A DNA stretch of 55,674 bases, taken from a virus (Duplodnaviria > Caudoviricetes). The notes below the pieces were generated by a model that saw nothing but the letters and a program-made list of their open reading frames with translations, had not been told where the DNA came from and made no database searches. Position numbers and translations under genes: made by a program. The stretch's first letter is position 1. Each line of letters starts with the position of its first letter. The stretch is from IMG/VR virus record IMGVR_UViG_3300020165_002390, positions 1 through 55,674 of that record; one strand, 5' to 3'. Below are positions 1-10,030 of the stretch, piece by piece.

Positions 1-5
1 CCAAG

Positions 6-1352
6 GTGGCAATGACAGACACGGGACACGTGTCCGCAGGCAAACAGATCCAGTCACCAGCCAGTGCAGGTAGCAGGGGTCTGGCAAAAACAACACAATT
101 CACAAACGACAGGACACAGATGCAGATGGGCAACTCACCGATAGCAGAATCAATGGTAGAAATAAGAAACATACTAAACAGAATTGACGGTGTGAACGCA
201 CCAGTGCAGGAAGACGCAGGCGAGAAGATCGCCAACATGGCACAGAACATGACCAAAGACCAGTTCATGAGTCATGCTGATGAGTTAGGTTTAACTCCAG
301 AAGAGGCCGCGGAACACTACGAAAAGATGCAGGGCGGTGCACACGTGCAGGAAAAACAATCACCATACACCACAGACAAAGCAGGTGCGGGATACATAAT
401 GGCAAACAAAGACAAGATCATCCAACAACTGTACGCTGGTGGCGTACAAAGTGTGCTTGATCCCAAAGATGCGGTCAAGGCCATATCAGACCTAATACCT
501 GATGTCACTGAAAAAGAAATAATAGACATCATCAAAAAAGACAATGCTTTCGCTGGCGAATCAGCGGTGCAGGAAGACGAGAACGAACTGGTCAGACTCA
601 AGGAACTGTCAGGCATTGAAGAAGACGCAGGACTGACCGACGAACAGAAGAAAGGCCTTGATGCGATAGCAGAGAAATACAAAGACCGTGAGGGCGGAAA
701 TGGTGACATGTTGGCATACGGATATCTTGACGTATCCGACACTGGAATTCCAACAGACGGTTACGACAAAGAAGAAATGGAAGCCTACTCGAAAAAGATA
801 GGCGTAGACTGGAGAGAATGGGACGGTCAGCAGACAGAAGATTTTTTAGATCAAAGCGAAACTACAGGTGGCGTAACAGCATTTATGATCGATGACCTTA
901 TAAAAGTTCTAGGACCAAATTTCATGAACGATGAAAAACTACAATTCAGTGCTAAAGAATATCTAGATGACTCAGATAAATTATACCAACCAATGCCAGA
1001 GGGTGATGAATTTGACATAGAAGAGGACGAGGACTTCGAAGAAGTGCTTGGTCCACTGGGTTTCCCAGAAGACGAGACAGAACTTTTTGACGCAGAGTAC
1101 CAAGGCAGGAAAGTTCCACTGAACAAACCAATGCGTGGTGATGTCAAGAAATTCAAAGTGTACGTGAAAGATCCTAAAACAGGCAATGTTAAAAAAGTCA
1201 ACTTCGGACACGGTGGTACAAGTGCGAAGAGACCAACCATGAGGATCAGGAAATCAAATCCAAAAGCGAGAAAATCATTCAGGGCGAGACACAACTGTGC
1301 CAACCCAGGACCAAAGACCAAAGCGAGATATTGGTCTTGCAGGAAGTGGTAA
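6..1352 (+). CDS. Putative capsid-internal/virion polyprotein with an acidic body and a basic C-terminal 'RARHNC...ARYWSC' domain (may be 5'-truncated)
   Basis: 448-aa ORF with repeated V/I-Q/E-E-D motifs (PVQEDA, AVQEDE, GIEEDA) resembling prohead-protease sites, a NELVRLKELSGI motif and a Lys/Arg-rich Cys-containing C-terminal module. Confidence 0.6.
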   Translation: MAMTDTGHVSAGKQIQSPASAGSRGLAKTTQFTNDRTQMQMGNSPIAESMVEIRNILNRIDGVNAPVQEDAGEKIANMAQNMTKDQFMSHADELGLTPEEAAEHYEKMQGGAHVQEKQSPYTTDKAGAGYIMANKDKIIQQLYAGGVQSVLDPKDAVKAISDLIPDVTEKEIIDIIKKDNAFAGESAVQEDENELVRLKELSGIEEDAGLTDEQKKGLDAIAEKYKDREGGNGDMLAYGYLDVSDTGIPTDGYDKEEMEAYSKKIGVDWREWDGQQTEDFLDQSETTGGVTAFMIDDLIKVLGPNFMNDEKLQFSAKEYLDDSDKLYQPMPEGDEFDIEEDEDFEEVLGPLGFPEDETELFDAEYQGRKVPLNKPMRGDVKKFKVYVKDPKTGNVKKVNFGHGGTSAKRPTMRIRKSNPKARKSFRARHNCANPGPKTKARYWSCRKW

Positions 1353-1353
1353 C

Positions 1354-1539
1354 ATGCAGATCCGTGAAGTAGTAGGAATCACAGAAGAAGAATTCGAACA
1401 ACTAGCAGAGAAGAAAGACGCCTGCTATCATAAAGTGAAATCAAGATATAAAGTATGGCCATCGGCCTATGCCTCTGGTGCTCTAGTTCAGTGTCGTAAA
1501 AAAGGTGCGGCCAACTGGGGTAACAAGAGCAAAAAATGA
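1354..1539 (+). CDS. Small basic putative virion protein (KVWPSAYASGALVQCRK module)
   Basis: ATG at 1354, just after the upstream TAA, is preferred over the track start at 1297; N-terminus MQIREV, then a basic Cys-containing module. Confidence 0.65.
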   Translation: MQIREVVGITEEEFEQLAEKKDACYHKVKSRYKVWPSAYASGALVQCRKKGAANWGNKSKK

Positions 1540-2153
1540 GGGTATTCGAAGTAGCACATCTAGATCCCGAAGAACAGTACTGGCAGAATCCAGATCCTGA
1601 CACCATGTGGCTGACGGACAAATTGATACTGGCAAGTAAAATGGGTTACAAGTGCGGACCTGCAGGCATAGACGTACCAGAATCAGGCGATTACATTGTG
1701 CGTCCTGTGGTCAATGCATACGGTCTAGGCATAGGTGCAGAGAAGATGTTCATCGAACAAACAACCACACACATACCGCCAGGATTTTTCTGGTGTGAAT
1801 GGTTCGAAGGCAGACACCTGTCAGTGGATTACAAAGATGGTGAACAATCGCTCTGTGTGGAAGGATTCAAAAAGGAAAACACTTTCTTGAAATGGGATCG
1901 ATGGGCGAGGACAATGGATGTGATGCCAATGCCAGAGCAGATACAAGATGCAGTATCAGGACATGATGTTGTGAACTGTGAATTTATCGGTGACAAACTG
2001 ATAGAAGTGCACCTGCGACACAATCCAGACTTCGAAGGTGGCATAATGGAGTTCGTTCCGGTGTGGGAAGGTGATGACACCTCTCCCCCAAATGGGTATA
2101 AATACCGAGAGTATCCAGACGTACACGGAAGAATAGGGGCATTTGTAAGATGA
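1536..2153 (+). CDS. Hypothetical protein with ATP-grasp-like motifs
   Basis: YIVRP...GLGIGA, WCEWFEGRHLSVD and NCEFIGDKLIEVHLR resemble ATP-grasp motifs; ATGA overlaps at both ends. Confidence 0.5.
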   Translation: MRVFEVAHLDPEEQYWQNPDPDTMWLTDKLILASKMGYKCGPAGIDVPESGDYIVRPVVNAYGLGIGAEKMFIEQTTTHIPPGFFWCEWFEGRHLSVDYKDGEQSLCVEGFKKENTFLKWDRWARTMDVMPMPEQIQDAVSGHDVVNCEFIGDKLIEVHLRHNPDFEGGIMEFVPVWEGDDTSPPNGYKYREYPDVHGRIGAFVR

Positions 2154-3067
2154 GAATAAATGAATTACTAGAAGAACAGGCCAACTACGACAACTGGGAT
2201 CACCAGGAATCGGCCGACTATTCCAAATATCTTGAAAAACATTTCGGATCGCCAGACGAATTCACAAACGAACAGACAGTTTGGCACAACATCGATGGGT
2301 TCAAAAGGGTTGTGTGCAGGGATGAATACATACTACACGGGTCTCCAGCACCACACTACGACTTCGTCTATTGTTACGTTGACCTAGAAGTGCCTGAAGA
2401 CATGAGTGACGAACTGGCAAAATGTTCTGGAAGCATACTGATCGATCACCTTAAAAATGAGGTTGGTGCCAGATGTGGTTCACTGACAGCCAATGCCACT
2501 ACACTTAATTTTGTAATGGATGTGGTTGCTGGACGTACAGAAGCAGTAAAAGACGAATACGAAAAAAGAATACTAGGCATGAAAGCCATGTTCGACAATG
2601 GCGAGAAATACGAATTGGATTGGTGGCCGGATGAGTCGGGCGATGCAGATCCAGGAAATGAATACTACAAAGAAGGTTACATCACTTTGGAAGGCACAAG
2701 ATGTTGGAAAGGTTACACAAAGAAGGGCATGAAGACCATGTTCGGCAAACGTGTACCCAACTGCGTAAAAGCAGAAGATGTTCAAATAGGATCAGACGGC
2801 AACTTAATTTTTGCAGAAGGTCTAAATGAAAATTTAAAAAAATGGTTCAAGGACAAATGGGTGCGAATGGGCCCAAAAGGAAAGATCAGAGGATCATGTG
2901 GTGGTAAGAGCAAAGGTGAGGGGAAACCCAAATGCTTACCTGCCAAGAAAGCATACGCACTAGGTAAAAAAGGCCGGGCAAGTGCGGCGGCGAGGAAGAG
3001 AAGAAAAGATCCCAATCCCAACAGACGTGGTAAAGCGATCAACGTCAAAACCAAAAAGAAAAAATAA
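2150..3067 (+). CDS. Putative capsid-internal modular protein (acidic domain, CWKGY...VPNCV module, KWFKDKWV...PKCLP basic module)
   Basis: N-terminus MRINELLEE; modules separated by TLE/LNE-type motifs; very basic C-terminus. Confidence 0.55.
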   Translation: MRINELLEEQANYDNWDHQESADYSKYLEKHFGSPDEFTNEQTVWHNIDGFKRVVCRDEYILHGSPAPHYDFVYCYVDLEVPEDMSDELAKCSGSILIDHLKNEVGARCGSLTANATTLNFVMDVVAGRTEAVKDEYEKRILGMKAMFDNGEKYELDWWPDESGDADPGNEYYKEGYITLEGTRCWKGYTKKGMKTMFGKRVPNCVKAEDVQIGSDGNLIFAEGLNENLKKWFKDKWVRMGPKGKIRGSCGGKSKGEGKPKCLPAKKAYALGKKGRASAAARKRRKDPNPNRRGKAINVKTKKKK

Positions 3068-3068
3068 T

Positions 3069-3097
3069 TTGCATTCATTGTAGATTTGTTATATACT
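3069..3097 (+). promoter_or_regulatory. Sigma70-type promoter TTGCAT-N17-TATACT
   Basis: -35 at 3069-3074 and -10 at 3092-3097; AGGAGA RBS before ATG 3123. Confidence 0.65.
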
Positions 3098-3122
3098 TGT
3101 TGGATAACAACAGGAGAAACAA

Positions 3123-3380
3123 ATGGCAGTAAGAAACTTTAATGACGCTGAAAAGCAGAAATTGATCCAGATCATTTCACAGGGCTCACAGGTACTAGGT
3201 GAGGTCGAGGACTTGAAAGGTGGATTGAAAGACACAGTGAAAGCAATCGCAGAGGAACTAGAATTGAAACCAGCCCTGATCAACAAGGCAATATCAGTTG
3301 CACACAAGGGCAACTACCAGAACATCGCAGATGAGATGGACACCCTGGAGAGCATACTAAACACAGCCGGCAAACTTTAA
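3123..3380 (+). CDS. T4 DsbA-like double-stranded DNA-binding protein
   Basis: 85-aa helical protein with the pattern LKDTVKAIAEELELKPALINKAI; strong RBS; upstream of the DNA polymerase. Confidence 0.6.
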   Translation: MAVRNFNDAEKQKLIQIISQGSQVLGEVEDLKGGLKDTVKAIAEELELKPALINKAISVAHKGNYQNIADEMDTLESILNTAGKL

Positions 3381-3664
3381 TGTTAGACAAAGTCAGATCA
3401 TTCTGGCTTCGTAGTTTTGAAAGTGACCGGACAGCGTTCTATTTTGAACTTGTCAGTTTCATATTCACAGTTGGAGCCAGCCTTACACTAGCGATCACAG
3501 CCTCAGATCCGGACATGACTATCGTGTATCCGGGATTCTTGGTAGGAGCACTCACACAATGTTATGCTTCATACAGAAGAGAAGCGGCATTCGTGATGAT
3601 GATCACTGGCTACTTCGCAATCATAAATGTCTACGGTTACGGCGTGGCAAGTTATTGGTGGTAG
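3380..3664 (+). CDS. Small membrane protein (about 3 TM)
   Basis: Three hydrophobic stretches; TAATG coupling to the upstream gene. Confidence 0.6.
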   Translation: MLDKVRSFWLRSFESDRTAFYFELVSFIFTVGASLTLAITASDPDMTIVYPGFLVGALTQCYASYRREAAFVMMITGYFAIINVYGYGVASYWW

Positions 3665-3670
3665 TATAAA

Positions 3671-4339
3671 ATGAAAAAATGTCTTTTAATAGGTTGTAGT
3701 AATGGTATTCCATTGCATAAGCAGTTCTCCAAATTTTTTGGTTCCGAAGACGTTGAATGGATAAATCTATCCGCCAGCGGATTTGGCAATAGGTATATCA
3801 CCTCACGTTTATTTGAATATGTGGACGAAAGTGGAATACCAGATTACGTGTATCTACAATATTCCGGATTATCAAGAATTGACCTACCGTTTGACCCCAA
3901 AGTGACTATACCCGATTATGGAGGCCAGAGTAAAACCAACAGAAGAAATTGGGTTGCCAGTGGCGGTCGCAATGGATCTTGGCTTGCCTGTGATATGCTG
4001 AAAAAACTGTTTGCATACATGTATGATATCACATCAGAAAAGGGTCCTTACGATTTAAGTTTACATGAAATCTTTCGAGGTATAGAATTATGCAAGACCC
4101 TGAAAATACCTTACAACTGGAGCAGTTATTATGACTATACCAATCCCCCAAACAAAATGACAACTATTGATGGGTCGGTGTTCAAACTACCAGATTACAT
4201 AGACATGTCTGGTCATATTGGAGAATCTCCATTAAACGTTGCTTATGAGTTAGGAGACATTCCCGATGACGGGGTGCATTATACCAATAACACTGGTGAA
4301 CAATTTATTTTAAGAAATAAGGACAAATTTAATTTATGA
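3671..4339 (+). CDS. SGNH hydrolase-like protein
   Basis: LLIGCS (block I-like), NLSASGFGN (block II-like) and C-terminal DGVH (DxxH). Confidence 0.5.
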   Translation: MKKCLLIGCSNGIPLHKQFSKFFGSEDVEWINLSASGFGNRYITSRLFEYVDESGIPDYVYLQYSGLSRIDLPFDPKVTIPDYGGQSKTNRRNWVASGGRNGSWLACDMLKKLFAYMYDITSEKGPYDLSLHEIFRGIELCKTLKIPYNWSSYYDYTNPPNKMTTIDGSVFKLPDYIDMSGHIGESPLNVAYELGDIPDDGVHYTNNTGEQFILRNKDKFNL

Positions 4340-6999
4340 GTTACATAGATGCACTATTCAAAAAAGATGAGGACAAGATATACGTCGTAGAACGTGATCC
4401 CAAGAAGGGTCGAATATTCACAGAGTACGATGCCAGGTACGTGTTCTACTACGAGGACGCAAGGGGCAAACACAGATCAATGACGGGTGCACCATTACAG
4501 AGAGTGCAGTGTGCCACCAACAAGGAATTCATAAAAGAACAGAGGATAAGATCCAACAAGCAATTATACGAGAATGACATCAATCCTGTGTTCAGGTGTT
4601 TGGAAGAGAACTACTTGGGCAAGGAAACCCCAAAACTCAACGTGATGTTTTTCGATATTGAAGTTGACTTCGATCCAGATCGAGGTTATTCAACAACAGA
4701 TGATCCGTTCATGCCCATAACTGCCATAAGTTGTTACATGAGCTGGACGGACCAACTGGTCACATTTGCAGTACCTCCCAAGACCATCAGCATGACAGAC
4801 GCGAAAGAACTTACAAAGAGATTCGAGAACACCATGTTGTTCGAGAAGGAGAAGGACATGCTGGACGCATTCCTGGAACTAGTGCAGGACGCAGACATAC
4901 TGTCAGGTTGGAACTCAGAGGGATATGATATTCCATACACAGTTGGTAGGATACAAAAAGTATTAAGTTCAGATGACACAAGGCGTTTGTGTTTTTGGGG
5001 TGAAAAACCTAGAAAGAGAGTATTTGAAAAATATGGTCGAGAACAGTTAAGTTTTGATCTGGTAGGTCGTGTACACTTAGACTTGCTGGAACTATACAGG
5101 AAATACACATACGAAGAAAGACACAGTTTCAGACTGGACGCAATAGGCGAGCATGAATTGGACGAGAGAAAAACAGTATACGAGGGGTCACTGGACAACT
5201 TGTATAAAAATGACTTTGGACTTTTCATAGAATACAACAGACAGGATACTGCACTGTTGGCCAAGCTCGAGAAGAAACTGAAGTTCATAGAACTTGCCAA
5301 CGAGATAGCACACCAGAACACTGTGTTGCTACAGACCACAATGGGTGCAGTGGCGGTGACTGAACAGGCCATAGTGAACGAGACACACAGACGTGGTATG
5401 CAGGTACCAGGTAGGAAATACAAGAAGGACGGTGAGGAGAACCAACCGGCCGCAGGAGCCCACGTGGCAACCCCACAAAAAGGGATACACGACTGGATCG
5501 GTTCTGTTGACATCAACTCGCTCTATCCGAGTGTGATCCGTGCCTTGAACATGGGGCCTGAGACTATAGTAGGACAGATAAGGCCAGTGATAACATCAGC
5601 AGAGATCAACAGGGCCAAACACGCCAAGAAATCATTCGCGGCCGCATGGGACAGCCAGTTCGGTAGTTGGGAATACCAAGCAGTCATGAATCAAGAGAAA
5701 GGCACAGAGATCATAGTAGACTGGGAAGACAAGACCAGTGTGCGTATGAGTGCCGCTCAACTTTATGACATAGTGTTTGACGGCAACAACAAATGGATGC
5801 TGAGTGCCAATGGCACAATATTCACATACGAGTATGAAGCGATCATACCAGGACTGCTGAAACGTTGGTATGAGGAAAGACAAGAGATGCAGAGAAAAAT
5901 GCGTGACTGTGGAGACAACGAGATTGAACGGGAGTATTGGGACAAGAGGCAACTTGTTAAAAAGATTAACTTGAACAGTCTGTATGGTGCAATACTTAAT
6001 CCGGGTTGTAGGTTCTTTGACATGAGGATAGGACAATCGGTCACACTCACTGGTAGATGTATAACCAAACACATGGCCAGCAAGGTCAATGAAATAGTCG
6101 CAGGCAAGTATGACCACAAAGGTGAGAGTGTTGTGTATGGAGACACAGACTCTGTGTATTTCTCAGCATACAAAACATTACAAAAAGAGATCAACGAAGG
6201 CCTCATACCATGGACCAAAGATTCTGTGCTAGGACTATATGACAAGATAGCGGAAGAGGTCAACGGGTCATTCAAGTCATTCATGACTCGGGCATTCCAC
6301 ACACCAAGTACACGTGGAGAGGTCATTGCGGCGGGTAGAGAACTTGTTGCGTCGAAGGGACTGTTCATCACAAAGAAGAGATATGCGGTGCTGTACTATG
6401 ACAAGGAAGGCAAACGTGCAGACGTAGAAGGCAAGGATGGCAAGATGAAAGCGATGGGACTGGATCTTAAACGTTCTGACACACCTGTGTTCGTGCAGGA
6501 TTTCTTGAGTGATCTTCTTTACATGGTGCTACAGGGCAAGGAAGAAAAAGAAGTGTTAAAAAAAATAAGCGAGTTCAGGTCAGAATTCAAAGCAAGGCCA
6601 GGATGGGAGAAAGGTTCTCCAAAAAGAGCGAACAACATGACCAAGTACACAGCGGCAGAAGAAAAGGCCGGTAGGGCAAACATGCCAGGGCACGTCAGGG
6701 CCAGCATGAACTGGAACAGGTGTAGGGAGATGTATGGTGACAAATATTCCATGCCAATAACAGATGGTGCAAAAGTGATTGTGTGCAAACTTAAAAATAA
6801 TCCCATGGGCTATACCAGTATCGCATATCCTGTGGATGAGATGCGTATACCAGAGTGGTTCAAGGAACTGCCGTTTGACGGTGATGCCATGGAGGCCACA
6901 ATACTGGACCAGAAGATAGACAACCTCATAGGAGTGTTGGATTGGGACGTGCAAAGCACAGAGACCACAAACACATTCAATAAACTGTTTACTTTCTAA
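4336..6999 (+). CDS. Family B DNA polymerase (gp43-like) with 3'-5' exonuclease
   Basis: ExoI FDIEVD, ExoII GWNSEGYDIPY, ExoIII YNRQD; polymerase motifs DINSLYPS, KINLNSLYG, YGDTDS, KKRYA. Confidence 0.97.
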   Translation: MSYIDALFKKDEDKIYVVERDPKKGRIFTEYDARYVFYYEDARGKHRSMTGAPLQRVQCATNKEFIKEQRIRSNKQLYENDINPVFRCLEENYLGKETPKLNVMFFDIEVDFDPDRGYSTTDDPFMPITAISCYMSWTDQLVTFAVPPKTISMTDAKELTKRFENTMLFEKEKDMLDAFLELVQDADILSGWNSEGYDIPYTVGRIQKVLSSDDTRRLCFWGEKPRKRVFEKYGREQLSFDLVGRVHLDLLELYRKYTYEERHSFRLDAIGEHELDERKTVYEGSLDNLYKNDFGLFIEYNRQDTALLAKLEKKLKFIELANEIAHQNTVLLQTTMGAVAVTEQAIVNETHRRGMQVPGRKYKKDGEENQPAAGAHVATPQKGIHDWIGSVDINSLYPSVIRALNMGPETIVGQIRPVITSAEINRAKHAKKSFAAAWDSQFGSWEYQAVMNQEKGTEIIVDWEDKTSVRMSAAQLYDIVFDGNNKWMLSANGTIFTYEYEAIIPGLLKRWYEERQEMQRKMRDCGDNEIEREYWDKRQLVKKINLNSLYGAILNPGCRFFDMRIGQSVTLTGRCITKHMASKVNEIVAGKYDHKGESVVYGDTDSVYFSAYKTLQKEINEGLIPWTKDSVLGLYDKIAEEVNGSFKSFMTRAFHTPSTRGEVIAAGRELVASKGLFITKKRYAVLYYDKEGKRADVEGKDGKMKAMGLDLKRSDTPVFVQDFLSDLLYMVLQGKEEKEVLKKISEFRSEFKARPGWEKGSPKRANNMTKYTAAEEKAGRANMPGHVRASMNWNRCREMYGDKYSMPITDGAKVIVCKLKNNPMGYTSIAYPVDEMRIPEWFKELPFDGDAMEATILDQKIDNLIGVLDWDVQSTETTNTFNKLFTF

Positions 7000-7007
7000 A
7001 TACAATT

Positions 7008-7805
7008 ATGTTGAGCATTGAAGAAATAAAGTTACTGATAGAAAAACTGGAACGGGTCAAGAAAGAGGACCTACAACAGTTGATAGACTCAAACCTCAAG
7101 ATTCTCAAGGACATAGAGTTGGCCGTTGACGCAAACAACAAGGAAGTAATAGATAGGCTTGACAAGACACCCGAATGGTTCAGACGTGATCTTGACCAGA
7201 AAAAACTCACGCCCATGATCGATCCCACTCTACAGAGATTCGTGCAGAGCAAGATATTCCAGTTCGCAAAGACCAATATCTACAACAGCCTCGAGATAGG
7301 ACCAGGGGACGGCATGTTCTCCATGGATTTCAGGGCATGGAGATTGAATTACTTCGTGGACGTGCTTCTTTGCAGGGAGAAAGTGATTAGGGCACTGTTC
7401 AATACACAACACCACAAATACCTAAAATTTATTACCACAAAACAAACAGATTGTTCAAGTGTGCCGGAGAACAGTTGCAACCTTGTGTTCAGTTGGGACA
7501 CATTTGTTTTCTTCACACAGAAACACATACAACAGTACCTACATGACATCAAGAGGGTTTTGATCCCAGGCGGTTATTGTTTCATACAGTACGCTGACTG
7601 CCACTTCGATCAGGAACTTGACCTTGCCCAAAGAGGTTACTGGAACTACAACACAAAAACTGCGATGACGCAGATCATCAAAGACGAGGGATACGAATTG
7701 GTAGAGATGAATCAATTCAGGCCCGGTGCCAGTTACGCCATATTCAAAAATCCTGGTAAACAAAATCCGGCTGTGTACAGAGTTTCTGAAATAACACTAG
7801 ACTAA
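7008..7805 (+). CDS. Class I SAM-dependent methyltransferase with N-terminal coiled coil
   Basis: LEIGPGDG motif I; LVFSWDTF; RVLIPGGY. Confidence 0.8.
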   Translation: MLSIEEIKLLIEKLERVKKEDLQQLIDSNLKILKDIELAVDANNKEVIDRLDKTPEWFRRDLDQKKLTPMIDPTLQRFVQSKIFQFAKTNIYNSLEIGPGDGMFSMDFRAWRLNYFVDVLLCREKVIRALFNTQHHKYLKFITTKQTDCSSVPENSCNLVFSWDTFVFFTQKHIQQYLHDIKRVLIPGGYCFIQYADCHFDQELDLAQRGYWNYNTKTAMTQIIKDEGYELVEMNQFRPGASYAIFKNPGKQNPAVYRVSEITLD

Positions 7806-7826
7806 GACCTAAATATCCTATACAAT
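7798..7826 (+). promoter_or_regulatory. Sigma70-type promoter TAGACT-N17-TACAAT (spacer contains CTAAATA)
   Basis: -35 at 7798-7803 and -10 at 7821-7826; ATG follows after 9 nt with no SD. Confidence 0.55.
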
Positions 7827-7835
7827 AAGAACATT

Positions 7836-8573
7836 ATGATAGACATCTTAAAAGACATCGTTAAACATACGCATGGACTGGGATTCTTGGATCTTGTTAA
7901 AATTACTGGCGACGACAAAGAGACTGCGATCGACAGTATGGCAGAAGACAGATCTGTGATCCTGCAAGGGTCTTTCCACAAACCACAAACGGAGATGACG
8001 GGTACGTTCGGTATGCCACAGATGGGCAAACTGGACATACACTTGAAGTGTCCGGAATACAAGGAGAAGGCAAACATAACTGTGTTGTCCGGTGAGAGAA
8101 ACGGTGCAACCATTCCAACAGGAATCCATTTCGAGAACGAAAAGGGTGACTTCAAGAATGACTACAGATTCATGAATGCCGAGATCATCAATGAGAAACT
8201 TAAGACCGTGAAGTTCAAAGGTGTTAAGTGGGACGTTGAGATCGAACCAAGTGTGGCAAGTGTGCAAAGATTCAACTTCCAGGCAACAGCAAACACAGAA
8301 CACAACTCATTCGTTGTGAGAACCGAGGATGGAAACTTGATTTTCACTTTTGGTGATCAGGCATCGCATGGTGGTGAATTCGTGTTCGCGACTGACGTTG
8401 AGGGAACACTCAACAAAGGTTGGAGTTGGCCGGTAGGACAGGTGCTACAAATACTTAAACTGTCTGATTCAGCGAAAGTTACATTACACTTCTCTAACGA
8501 GGGTGCTATGCAGGTTTCGGTTGATTCAGGACTGGGCAAGTATCAATACATCATACCAGCACAGGCGCAATAA
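7836..8573 (+). CDS. Putative DNA polymerase sliding clamp (gp45/PCNA-like)
   Basis: 245 aa, beta-rich two-domain pattern ending in YQYIIPA; close to the DNA polymerase. Confidence 0.65.
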   Translation: MIDILKDIVKHTHGLGFLDLVKITGDDKETAIDSMAEDRSVILQGSFHKPQTEMTGTFGMPQMGKLDIHLKCPEYKEKANITVLSGERNGATIPTGIHFENEKGDFKNDYRFMNAEIINEKLKTVKFKGVKWDVEIEPSVASVQRFNFQATANTEHNSFVVRTEDGNLIFTFGDQASHGGEFVFATDVEGTLNKGWSWPVGQVLQILKLSDSAKVTLHFSNEGAMQVSVDSGLGKYQYIIPAQAQ

Positions 8574-10021
8574 TGACGACAGATAATAGTAAGCAAGAAC
8601 ACTTAGGGGAGTTGAGCAGAGACTTCGCTGTGTTCTTGCCTGCTATATCAAACTTCTACAACACATTCATAAGCAAACAGAGAGTTTCAGAAGGCAAACA
8701 CATATCAGCAGAGAGAATACCACAAGGTTTTGAAAATGGTGTTGAAGGGTTGAACTTCATAAATCCTGAGAAGGGCATGTTCACCTATCCAACAGCACTG
8801 TACTCGGCGGGACACGCCTGCCTTGACATGGACAAGGTCGGTGACAGGGATCACATGTTCGTCAACAGAGATAGGAAGTTCAGCACAATAGTAGGTGACT
8901 CGGGCGGATACCAGATAGGAAAAGGTGTGATCAAGTTTGATTGGAAAGACTTCGAGGGTAACAAGGCAAACACTGTAAGAAGCAATATTTTAAATTGGCT
9001 AGAACTTACTAGCGATTGGGCCATGACACTAGACGTACCCACATGGGCGGCGGATGATCTAAACAGTCCAAAGACAGGACTTACAAGTTTCCAGGACACA
9101 CTGGATGGAACAATATACAACAACAAATTCTTTCAAAAGAATAGGCTAGGGCAAACAAAACTTTTAAATGTACTACAAGGCGATGACTGGAACACGGCAC
9201 AGATATGGTATGACGCTGTCAAAGACTTCGAATTCGAAGGATGGGCGATGGGTGGTATCAACATGTGTGATATGGAAGTCATGCTCAAACGTTTGATCAT
9301 AATGAGAGATGAGAAGAAACTGGATGGCAAGGATTGGATGCACGTACTAGGAACATCACAGATGGACTGGGGTTGTTATCTTACACAGGTACAGAGACAG
9401 GTAAGGAAACATATTAATTCCAACTTCACGATAAGTTTTGACAGTGCATCTGCATTTTTATCAACTGCTAATGGCCTAGTTTACACACATAACTCATTCA
9501 CCCCAGACAGATGGTCATTTGTGATGGACAAGGCTCCAGATGATAAAACACTGAAAGGATCTGACATACAGTTTCCATTTGATAGCGGAATAGGACGTAG
9601 ATTGAAGATGAAGGATGTTTGTTGGTATGGTGAGCAGGACGTCAACAAGAATGGCAAGATTGGTGCTACCAGTTGGGACAGTTTCAGTTATACTTTGATG
9701 ATGGCCCACAATGTATACAACCAAATCAGAGCGATACAGATCGCAAACGATCTCAATGACATAGAATCTAGAAAATACAGACCAGAAGTAAAACACTGGC
9801 GTAAGACCAAAGCAAGTGACAAGACTGATGAGCCAAGCATTTATGTTCCCAGGAACATACTGTACTTCAATACTTTGGTGGAAGAAGTGTTCACCAGCGA
9901 GAAGCCTATGGATGTGATCTCAAACGCATCAAGTTATCTAGCAGACATCAGAGGCAACAGATGGGCCAGGGCCACAGGCGGTGGTAAAGGCACAAACAAT
10001 TTCAGTTCTTTATTTGAATAG
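8573..10021 (+). CDS. dpdA: tRNA-guanine transglycosylase-fold protein, likely DNA 7-deazaguanine transglycosylase (DpdA family)
   Basis: TGT motifs GDSGGYQ, MTLD, NVLQG, GWAMGG, HVLG, SFDSAS and HN; no CxCxxC Zn motif; co-located with folE, queE, queD-like and yhhQ in a phage replication block. Confidence 0.8.
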   Translation: MTTDNSKQEHLGELSRDFAVFLPAISNFYNTFISKQRVSEGKHISAERIPQGFENGVEGLNFINPEKGMFTYPTALYSAGHACLDMDKVGDRDHMFVNRDRKFSTIVGDSGGYQIGKGVIKFDWKDFEGNKANTVRSNILNWLELTSDWAMTLDVPTWAADDLNSPKTGLTSFQDTLDGTIYNNKFFQKNRLGQTKLLNVLQGDDWNTAQIWYDAVKDFEFEGWAMGGINMCDMEVMLKRLIIMRDEKKLDGKDWMHVLGTSQMDWGCYLTQVQRQVRKHINSNFTISFDSASAFLSTANGLVYTHNSFTPDRWSFVMDKAPDDKTLKGSDIQFPFDSGIGRRLKMKDVCWYGEQDVNKNGKIGATSWDSFSYTLMMAHNVYNQIRAIQIANDLNDIESRKYRPEVKHWRKTKASDKTDEPSIYVPRNILYFNTLVEEVFTSEKPMDVISNASSYLADIRGNRWARATGGGKGTNNFSSLFE

Positions 10022-10030
10022 GAGGACACA

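Noticed and set aside
4336-6999. Intein, intron or altered active site in the DNA polymerase
   Set aside because: The ORF is continuous, the motifs are canonical, and there are no intein splice motifs or homing endonuclease signature
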